A stretch of 30,588 nt of DNA. Source: an uncultured Desulfurellales bacterium (GTDB lineage: Bacteria > Campylobacterota_A > Desulfurellia > Desulfurellales > Hippeaceae). Made by a program: the position numbers and the translations under genes. A model generated the notes under the pieces. The model was not told where the DNA came from. It saw only the letters and a list, made by a program, of their open reading frames with translations, and made no database searches. Shown here piece by piece: positions 15,993-23,325 of the stretch; position 1 is the first letter of the stretch; every line of letters begins with the position of its first letter. Location: positions 1 to 30,588 of the forward strand of contig CAZOGA010000003.1 in NCBI GenBank assembly GCA_964579095.1, written 5' to 3'.

Positions 15993-16649
15993 ATGGAAGA
16001 TTCCAAAAAAGACGATAAAATTATCACTTCCGAACCTACCGAGGAAGAAAAACAAGCGGAGGCAAAAGCTTTGGAAGAAGTTAAGGATGACGAAATTCGT
16101 AGCGAAGTAATAGAAAAATACGAATTAGATGAGGAAATTGACGCTGACCTCATTAACAAAATCGTCAAAAACACCTTAGGAGAAAAGAAAGCGTTGAGCA
16201 CCGCTATTCGTCAGAAGATAAATCAGCGGACTGAAAACCAAGACCTTCGTAAGAAATACGAGGGGGACGAGAAGAACAAGATTGACGAGAACAAAAAGGT
16301 AGAAAAGATAAATCAGGATGATTTAAACACTATCCTTGATGAGCGCGACAGGAAGCGCGACCTTGATGCTCTTGATGTTTCAGACGAGCTGAAGCAAGAA
16401 ATTGAGTTCTACGCTAAGACTAAAAAGCTATCTGTCAAAAAAGCCCTTGAATCTAGCTATATCAGCTTTCTAAAAGCGAAAGAAGATAAAGCTAAGGAAG
16501 AGGAAGAGGCAGGCGCTGGAAGTGGAAGCGGAACCCATAATATCAAAAACCTTGACAAGATTGAAAGTCCTCGTAAAGCTTTTGACCTTTCTACAGAGGA
16601 AGGACGGAAACAATACGCGGAATGGAAAAAAGCCAAAAAGATGGCATAG
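15993..16649 (+). CDS. capsid scaffolding protein (putative)
   Basis: Acidic, helical 218 aa between portal cluster and MCP. Confidence 0.7.
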   Translation: MEDSKKDDKIITSEPTEEEKQAEAKALEEVKDDEIRSEVIEKYELDEEIDADLINKIVKNTLGEKKALSTAIRQKINQRTENQDLRKKYEGDEKNKIDENKKVEKINQDDLNTILDERDRKRDLDALDVSDELKQEIEFYAKTKKLSVKKALESSYISFLKAKEDKAKEEEEAGAGSGSGTHNIKNLDKIESPRKAFDLSTEEGRKQYAEWKKAKKMA

Positions 16650-16700
16650 AGTCGGTTGAGGGTTGGGGTGTTATGGAATTATAATCTAATTTTTAATTAA

Positions 16701-17915
16701 ATGAGTAATGCATTAACAGCCCTTAATAGAGAGTATTGGCTGTCCGAAGCGCAAATCATTTTCTTTAGGGAAAGTGCCGCGCTAAAGGTAGCCGCCTTAG
16801 AGTTGAGAGATACTCTGAAAAATGGTGATACCATAAATCACCCTGACATCTCTCATCCTCAAGCTGTAACATATACGAAAGGAAGCGCTATCACTAATAA
16901 GGATAGATTCAGCGCGAATCAGCAATTATCAGTAGCCACTGCAAAGGTAGTTCCTTTTTATGTTGACGAAATTGACAGGATTCAGAATGATTTTGTTACA
17001 CAACAGAGAATGGCGCAAGATGGACAAAGACAATTAAACAACACCCTTGACCAATTTGTAAACTATCTTGGCGTTAATAACGCAACAAGTTATGTTGACG
17101 CAGGGGATGTTGGCGGAAGTTCAGGAAGCAATATAGCGTTGACTGTTTCAAACATTGACCAAGTAGCAACTGCTTTTGACACCAAGCTTAATACGCTAGA
17201 TGTTCCTCAAGGCAACAGATTCATAATGTTTGGGCCGAGGTCTAAGGCAGTTTTGAATAGATATCTTGGCGGAAAAGAGACTTCAATGGGTGATATTATT
17301 GGACAGAATGGCAGAATGCCTAACAGATTCGGATTTGAACCGTTCTATTCCAATAACAATTACTACACAGCCACTTGGACACCAGCTGATAATCCTACAG
17401 CAGGCGACACTGTAACGATTAACGGCGCTGTGTATGAGTTTGTAGCCGTGCCTGACACAGACGAGGCTTCAACTGCTTATATTGGAGTAGATATTGGCGG
17501 AAGCACTGCTGTAACGCTTGATAACCTTGTCGCCGCTATAAACGATAGCGGAACAGAGGGGACTACTTACGGCACAACTGACGCTAATAACTGGAGAGCG
17601 CGCTGGAAGACAGTTAAAGCAGGCGTTGTTGCTACTGACGGGACTTCTTATATCTCAATAAAAGGTTATGGAGATATTGTTGTTTCTGCCTCTGAGTCAG
17701 CTGATGTTTGGTCTTCTCAGACTTCTTATGTTTTAGCTGGATTAAGAAAATCAGTTAGCTTAGTAACGCAGGTTTCTCCTGATATTTCTGTCAGACCAGT
17801 AGACAATAAACTAGGAAATAATATCTTTGTATGGACTCTTTACGGAGGGACTGTATTTAACGATATGAAGGACGCCTTAGTTTTCGCCAAAATCGACGCA
17901 AGTGATTGGAATTGA
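16701..17915 (+). CDS. major capsid protein (P22-coat-like, HK97 fold)
   Basis: GDTINHP, GFEPFYSNN and WTLYGGTV motifs; position after scaffold. Confidence 0.88.
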   Translation: MSNALTALNREYWLSEAQIIFFRESAALKVAALELRDTLKNGDTINHPDISHPQAVTYTKGSAITNKDRFSANQQLSVATAKVVPFYVDEIDRIQNDFVTQQRMAQDGQRQLNNTLDQFVNYLGVNNATSYVDAGDVGGSSGSNIALTVSNIDQVATAFDTKLNTLDVPQGNRFIMFGPRSKAVLNRYLGGKETSMGDIIGQNGRMPNRFGFEPFYSNNNYYTATWTPADNPTAGDTVTINGAVYEFVAVPDTDEASTAYIGVDIGGSTAVTLDNLVAAINDSGTEGTTYGTTDANNWRARWKTVKAGVVATDGTSYISIKGYGDIVVSASESADVWSSQTSYVLAGLRKSVSLVTQVSPDISVRPVDNKLGNNIFVWTLYGGTVFNDMKDALVFAKIDASDWN

Positions 17916-18652
17916 TAGATAACTAATACTCTTACGCCCCCGACACAATGACTGAAGAACATAAACAAAAAATAAAACAGAAATTAAAAGGGAGACATCT
18001 TTCTACAATAACTGAATTTAAGAAGGGACATAAATTCTCGCCTGAAATTTTGGAAAAGATAAAGCAAGCTCTTAAGGGAAACATTCCTTGGAATAAAGGA
18101 TTAACTGGAGTTATGCCTATTCCGTGGAATAAAGGAAAAAAAGAAATTCGTCCTGATGTTATTAAGAAAATGAGTGAAGCAAGAAGAAACAAAACCCTTT
18201 CTGAAGAAACGAAGAAAAAAATTAGTCAATCTAATAGAGGAAAAAAGAAAAAATACAAAATTAGCAAAGAACAATTAAGTAAAATTAGAAAAGAACAATA
18301 CCGAAAGCAAATTTTAAATGGAAAGCATCCGAGGTGGAAAGGAGGAATAACGCCATTAGTAGAACAAATAAGACATTGTTTCAAATATCGTCAATGGCGT
18401 TCAGATGTATTTACAAGAGATGATTTTACTTGCCAAAATTGTGGAATAAGAGGAAGCATATTAAACGCTCATCATATTAAAGAATTTAATAAGATAATTG
18501 AAGAAAATAATATCAAAACATTTCAAGAAGCGTTGGATTGTGATGAATTATGGAATATCAATAATGGCGAAACTCTTTGCAAAGAATGTCATAAGAAAAG
18601 ACACTTGGTCATTGTGTCGGGGGACATAAGAGTGATTGGAATTAATAGATAA
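17901..18652 (+). mobile_element. HNH cassette bounded by 22-bp direct repeats and long inverted repeats
   Basis: DR agtgattggaatt(g/a)atagataa at 17901-17922 and 18631-18652; IR 17937-17952/18608-18623 (16 bp perfect), extendable to 17923/18639. Confidence 0.8.
17948..18652 (+). CDS. HNH homing endonuclease with NUMOD3-like repeats
   Basis: SEETKKKISQS and IPWNKG repeats; FTCQNCG...AHHIK...NGETLCKECH. Confidence 0.88.
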   Translation: MTEEHKQKIKQKLKGRHLSTITEFKKGHKFSPEILEKIKQALKGNIPWNKGLTGVMPIPWNKGKKEIRPDVIKKMSEARRNKTLSEETKKKISQSNRGKKKKYKISKEQLSKIRKEQYRKQILNGKHPRWKGGITPLVEQIRHCFKYRQWRSDVFTRDDFTCQNCGIRGSILNAHHIKEFNKIIEENNIKTFQEALDCDELWNINNGETLCKECHKKRHLVIVSGDIRVIGINR

Positions 18653-18654
18653 TC

Positions 18655-18691
18655 AGTTTATTGCGCTCCTGATTTAGGGGCGCAATAAGCT
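18655..18691 (+). other. 16-bp RNA hairpin
   Basis: agtttattgcgctcct-gattt-aggggcgcaataagct, 2 G-U pairs; no U-tract. Confidence 0.7.
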
Positions 18692-18698
18692 CTATTCT

Positions 18699-19115
18699 AT
18701 GGAAGATGAAAACAAAATTACAACAATAGCAATTACTTTATTGGGAATTGTTGCAGTTGTTGCGTTGATTTTTACTGGCGGGAATGTTGTAACACAAGAC
18801 CAGCCTATCGGCGGATTAGTTCATAATGTTAAAGAGATATTTACGAATGGATTGACTGCGGAAGGGACTCTCACGGCTAAAGATGCAACATTTTCGAGCA
18901 CGGTAGCTGTAACAGGGGTTTCAACCTTATCAGATGAGCTGAAGGTAAACAGGACAGCGAGTTCTACTATTCAAGTAGGAAGCACTGCCTCAGGAGTAGG
19001 AACAGGATGTCTAATATTGGGAGATTCTGGCGCTTCTACTACACAGCCTGTATATATAACGGCAACAGGAGCGACTATTACAGCAACAACAACGAAACCA
19101 GCAATTTGCCAATAA
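18699..19115 (+). CDS. putative structural protein with N-terminal membrane anchor
   Basis: ITTIAITLLGIVAVVALIFTGG followed by Thr/Gly/Ser-rich beta sequence. Confidence 0.7.
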   Translation: MEDENKITTIAITLLGIVAVVALIFTGGNVVTQDQPIGGLVHNVKEIFTNGLTAEGTLTAKDATFSSTVAVTGVSTLSDELKVNRTASSTIQVGSTASGVGTGCLILGDSGASTTQPVYITATGATITATTTKPAICQ

Positions 19116-19176
19116 CTTTGATTGATTGATATTTCTCTTCTTTTAAAAAGGAGGGAAATAGTCAGTCAAGCAAGGT
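19115..19176 (+). other. about 25-bp irregular RNA hairpin
   Basis: 19115-19140 pairs with 19150-19176 via several G-U pairs, one mismatch and one bulge. Confidence 0.7.
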
Positions 19177-19199
19177 CAATTATCAATAACAATAAATTT

Positions 19200-19583
19200 A
19201 TGAAGAATATATTATACGGACTTATGGCAGGGATAGTAATGGGAGTCATTCTTGGAATGGTTCTATCTTTACCCTCAGGAAATTTAGGCTCTACTGATAT
19301 TAACCGCTTTAGTTCAGCTACTAATTCGTCCGTTGCGGTAACATCAACATCCCGCGCGGTATTAAGTGGAGGAGGCGGAGGCAGGCAATATGCCAAAATC
19401 ACCAATGATAGCGATTATGTTGTTTATTTAGCTCTAGGCTCTACTGCGACAGTTAATAGCGGAATCCGTCTAAATGCTTCTGGCGGGACTTACGAGATAG
19501 ATTCAAACAATTTGTATGTAGGAACAATATCGGCTATCTCCACGACAAGCACAACATCAACATTGACAACAGTTGAAAAATGA
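19200..19583 (+). CDS. putative structural protein with N-terminal membrane anchor (start revised from 19122)
   Basis: MKNILYGLMAGIVMGVILGMVLSL followed by beta-rich domain. Confidence 0.7.
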   Translation: MKNILYGLMAGIVMGVILGMVLSLPSGNLGSTDINRFSSATNSSVAVTSTSRAVLSGGGGGRQYAKITNDSDYVVYLALGSTATVNSGIRLNASGGTYEIDSNNLYVGTISAISTTSTTSTLTTVEK

Positions 19584-20383
19584 TTGGAGGAGGATTAAAT
19601 CTTTTACCGCGCGATGATAGGGATTTTAGCTTAGGCGCTCTTTTTAAGAGAAAAAGAAATTTACCAAAGGAGTTTATGGTCGGAGAATTTGCCTTAGAAG
19701 ACCAAAAGGTTACTGATTTTTGCACGGGATTTGTTGTAACATCTGCTTCAGAATTACAAGAAGGAGTGGAATTAAGCCCTGAATGGCAATTTGCTAAAAC
19801 AAAGCAATTATCTGGGAATTATAAAACTTGGGGAGCGGATTTAAGAGAAGCCTGCAAGTCAGCGGTAAAATTTGGAAGTGTAGAAAAGAAACTTGTATCA
19901 TTCAGCGTAGAAAATAAAGACAGGGACTTTTTAGCAAATTATAGAAATTATCCCGCGTGGCTGGATGATAAAGCGAAAATTCACAGGAAGAAATCTTTTT
20001 TCAGGATAGAAAATAATTTCAAGGCAATACAAGAGGCTTTATATTTAAGAAAAGCAGTAATGACAGGGGTTAAATGGAGATATAGCTGGGGAGATTGCAA
20101 GGATGGAATTATTCCAGAAACTTATAGCTCAAACGGAGTAGGACACGCAATCGCCTTAATTGGCTGGAAAGTGATTAAAAATAAAACATATTTAATAGCA
20201 AAACTTTCAAATGGAAATATAGGAGATAATGGAAAGTTCTATTTTTCAGAAGAGATAATAAATAAAGAAGTAGGTAAATATGGAGTATTTTGTTTTATAG
20301 ATATTCCAAGCGTAATTCAGAAGAATAGCATTTTAAAAAAGGTCTGGTTAAAAATCAAAAGTTTATTTAATGGCTTTTACTAA
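19580..20383 (+). CDS. papain-like (clan CA) cysteine peptidase
   Basis: Q-x5-C (DQKVTDFCTGF) and GHAIALIGW. Confidence 0.75.
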   Translation: MIGGGLNLLPRDDRDFSLGALFKRKRNLPKEFMVGEFALEDQKVTDFCTGFVVTSASELQEGVELSPEWQFAKTKQLSGNYKTWGADLREACKSAVKFGSVEKKLVSFSVENKDRDFLANYRNYPAWLDDKAKIHRKKSFFRIENNFKAIQEALYLRKAVMTGVKWRYSWGDCKDGIIPETYSSNGVGHAIALIGWKVIKNKTYLIAKLSNGNIGDNGKFYFSEEIINKEVGKYGVFCFIDIPSVIQKNSILKKVWLKIKSLFNGFY

Positions 20384-20564
20384 AGAAACAAAACACAGTT
20401 CGGAGTTTACGAATGAAGATAATCCTGCTTCTGTTCCTGCTGGAAAATTTGGCATAGCTAAGTTTGGAAGGTCAAAATTTGGCACGGCAAGCACGCAGAA
20501 TATTCAGGTATATTCTAAAGAAACAAAACACAGTTCAAGCATTGATAAAGAAACTAAAAATTAA
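20370..20564 (+). CDS. small repetitive peptide
   Basis: KETKHSS twice (22-bp DNA repeat 20380-20401/20515-20536) around KFG x3. Confidence 0.6.
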   Translation: MAFTKETKHSSEFTNEDNPASVPAGKFGIAKFGRSKFGTASTQNIQVYSKETKHSSSIDKETKN

Positions 20565-20565
20565 T

Positions 20566-22326
20566 ATGAAAAAAGGTTTTATAACACCCATTTTTTTAAT
20601 AGCGACAGCGATTCTTTTAGCAATAGTTGCTGTTTCAACGCCTGAAATAAGGTATCGCTTCCAGACTTCGCTTAATTTGGGCGATATTAACACTTTTCCT
20701 ACTACGCTTAATAGCTGGTCAGATGATGATGTTATTGAATCTGATTGGGCAAACCAGTTAGAGGCAAAACTTGGAATTGATAACTCAACCATTACCACTT
20801 CTTTGGATTATTTAATTAAAAGTCCGACTTCAACTTTAGGCAGTATTTACAATATAACTCCAACGGACGGGGTTTTTATCGTAGCTGACGGCTCAAAATT
20901 CGTAGGAGAAAGCGGGGCAACCGCGCGAACCTCAATAGGACTTGGCAGTGTAGAAAACACTGCTTTATCAACTTGGGCAGGAACTTCTAACATAACCACC
21001 TTAGGGACTTTAACCACTGCAGGGGGAAATATATCACTTTGGACAAACGACAGCTCATACGCAACCACAGGCTACACAGGCTGGGAAATAGCAACCTCAA
21101 CAGACTTAATAGCAGGCACAGGGCTTACTCTAACGGGTTCTACTTTAAGCAATGATTTAGGAACAGCTATTGAAAAGGGTGAAATCTCCAATTCAGGCAC
21201 ATTATCTTTTGACTGGGCAGACAGCGAAGTGGCTAATGATATCACAGCCTCAAACTATCTCCCTTTAGCAGGCGGAACAATCACAGGAGATTTAACCGTA
21301 AATGGAACTTCCACTCTTGCCACCACAACAATAACCGACCTAACTGTCTCCGATGTTTTCCACTTAAACGGGGTTGTCCAAAACGACATTGATATGAACG
21401 GCGGATTGATTACGAACATAGGCAATGCTGGCACTGACTTTACTTCAGGGGGCGGATTAAACTTAGCAAGCGGATTATCCGTGAGTGGTAATGCGACTGC
21501 TACCTCTTTCACTATTGGCTCAAATACTCTAACCACTTCAGAATTTGGCTATTTAGACGGAATAGACCAAGCATTAAAGACAACTGATAGTCCTACTTTT
21601 GCGGGATTGACTTCCAATGGCAACATAGCCTTTGATACAACAGATAGAACAATCGCAGGAATAGCAAATGGGAATTTATTGGATAAGAGTGCAACAGAAA
21701 GTATCAGCGGTGTTTGGAATTTTACTAATAATTTAGGATTAAACACAGCTACTTTTGGAACTTCTGCCTCTAATGTTTTAGGAATAGCCAATGGAACAGC
21801 GCCGACAACAAGTCCAGCGGATGAGATACAAATGTGGTCTGCCGATGTAGAGGCAGAGAAGGCAGTAATGAATGTAAGGAATGAGGACGGAACAACTTTT
21901 AGCACTTGGAAATCAGGGGCTAGGGCGTATAGAGGAACTTCTAATCAAACAATTGCAAACAACACTTGGACTACATTGCAATTCAATGCGGAAACTTTTG
22001 ATACGCAATCAGAATTTGATTCAACTACCAATTATCAATTTACTGCTAAAAAGGCAGGAAGATATTTGATTACAACTCAAGTTTATTGGGACGGAAATGC
22101 TACAGGTAATCGTCAATTTATGTTTCAGAGAAGTGGCTCTAATGTTACTGGAGAAATAAATTATCCACCTTCTGCCGATGCTTTTACCCAAAATATGTCT
22201 GATGAAATAGATATGACTGCTGGTCAAACACTTTTATTAGTAGCTTATCAAAGTTCTGGAAGTGATTTAGATATTAGATATGACCCATTAAGAACATATT
22301 TAGCAATAACTAAAATCCAAGACTAA
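20566..22326 (+). CDS. fibre/adhesin with N-terminal hydrophobic anchor and C-terminal C1q-like domain
   Basis: MKKGFITPIFLIATAILLAIVAV; Thr/Gly-rich shaft; FNAETFD...FTAKKAGRYLI C1q-type motif. Confidence 0.7.
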   Translation: MKKGFITPIFLIATAILLAIVAVSTPEIRYRFQTSLNLGDINTFPTTLNSWSDDDVIESDWANQLEAKLGIDNSTITTSLDYLIKSPTSTLGSIYNITPTDGVFIVADGSKFVGESGATARTSIGLGSVENTALSTWAGTSNITTLGTLTTAGGNISLWTNDSSYATTGYTGWEIATSTDLIAGTGLTLTGSTLSNDLGTAIEKGEISNSGTLSFDWADSEVANDITASNYLPLAGGTITGDLTVNGTSTLATTTITDLTVSDVFHLNGVVQNDIDMNGGLITNIGNAGTDFTSGGGLNLASGLSVSGNATATSFTIGSNTLTTSEFGYLDGIDQALKTTDSPTFAGLTSNGNIAFDTTDRTIAGIANGNLLDKSATESISGVWNFTNNLGLNTATFGTSASNVLGIANGTAPTTSPADEIQMWSADVEAEKAVMNVRNEDGTTFSTWKSGARAYRGTSNQTIANNTWTTLQFNAETFDTQSEFDSTTNYQFTAKKAGRYLITTQVYWDGNATGNRQFMFQRSGSNVTGEINYPPSADAFTQNMSDEIDMTAGQTLLLVAYQSSGSDLDIRYDPLRTYLAITKIQD

Positions 22327-22526
22327 TGAACATAAAAAAACTAATAGCAAAATATCTATTTCCAGTAAAAGACGGAAAAGAACAAAGAGAAGGATGGAGT
22401 GAACCTATCCAGATGTATTTATTCTATTGTCCAGAATGCAAAACATATCAGCGAGATTACAAAAGCGGATTTTATCCAAATCAATATTTAACTTGCGAAA
22501 AATGCAAAACAAAATTAAGAGTTTAA
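22326..22526 (+). CDS. small zinc-ribbon protein
   Basis: CPEC ... CEKC. Confidence 0.6.
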   Translation: MNIKKLIAKYLFPVKDGKEQREGWSEPIQMYLFYCPECKTYQRDYKSGFYPNQYLTCEKCKTKLRV

Positions 22527-22560
22527 TTGGCGGTTAAGATAATTTTAAATAAGAAATAAT

Positions 22561-23322
22561 ATGCAATTCAATTCAGAAGCCAACAATTTAGACCTAGTCA
22601 GCGATATCACTTTTTGGACTAAAGCGAATACAACACGCTATCCGCTAAAAGATAGAGCAAGGAATTGTAATTTTGCTTTAGATAGAATGGCTGCCTTAGC
22701 AATGGAAGCAGACGGCAAATGGAAATGGGATGATACTAATCATACAGACCAGCCAATAGGAACAACAGCGTTAGTTGCTAATCAGCAAGATTATGGAATA
22801 AGCGGAGCGGATTTTTTAAAGATAGATAAGGTTCAGATTTTGCAAGGAGATGGAAATTATCAAAACATAGACCCCGTAACTCAACATAGTCCCGAAGCTA
22901 CTGATTTAATGGAGAAAAGACAGACAGGAACGCCATTGAGATATTTAAAAAGAGGAAATTCTATATTCTTAGACCCGATTCCTGATTCTGCTTTAGCCTC
23001 TGGACTTCGTATATTCTTTCAGAGGAATGTTAGTTATTTTGCCTCAACAGATACTACAAAACAACCGGGATTTGCTCAACCCTTTCACAGGCTAGTTTCG
23101 CTTTATGCTTCAGAAGATTATCTCTGGGCAAATGAGATTAAAGGAAGATTGGCAGGCGTTCAAAGCAAAATACAGATTATGGAAGGAGCTTTCATTGCTT
23201 TTTATAGCAACAGAAATGAGGACTCAAAGATAAAGCTTGAATTAAGAAAAGAAGATTATGGAAGCAGAAGATTAAGAAGAAATAAGGTAGCTGGCGGAAC
23301 AAGTAATTCAATCGTTTGGTAA
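22561..23322 (+). CDS. head-tail adaptor / tail tubular-like protein
   Basis: TTALVANQQDY, GTPLRY...IFLDPIPD, HRLVSLYA pattern; position. Confidence 0.65.
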   Translation: MQFNSEANNLDLVSDITFWTKANTTRYPLKDRARNCNFALDRMAALAMEADGKWKWDDTNHTDQPIGTTALVANQQDYGISGADFLKIDKVQILQGDGNYQNIDPVTQHSPEATDLMEKRQTGTPLRYLKRGNSIFLDPIPDSALASGLRIFFQRNVSYFASTDTTKQPGFAQPFHRLVSLYASEDYLWANEIKGRLAGVQSKIQIMEGAFIAFYSNRNEDSKIKLELRKEDYGSRRLRRNKVAGGTSNSIVW

Positions 23323-23325
23323 TTT

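Noticed and set aside
17923-18639. Self-splicing group I intron or archaeal bulge-helix-bulge intron around the HNH
   Set aside because: The ORF occupies nearly all 730 bp, leaving no room for a ribozyme core. The stem has a 2x3 loop and a single bulge, not 3-4-3 BHB geometry. The capsid ORF is complete without splicing.
19147-19155. Shine-Dalgarno-like aaggaggg
   Set aside because: No start codon at a suitable distance; explained as the 3' arm of the 19115-19176 hairpin.
13151-20565. Longest-ORF starts at 13151, 14895, 15698, 19122 and 20464 (also 10308 and 11311)
   Set aside because: The extensions overlap upstream genes or RNA hairpins; downstream ATGs fit the local coupling pattern better.
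20566-20640. Canonical type IV pilin
   Set aside because: MKKG|FITPI lacks Glu at +5 and the body is a long fibre; kept only as a membrane anchor.
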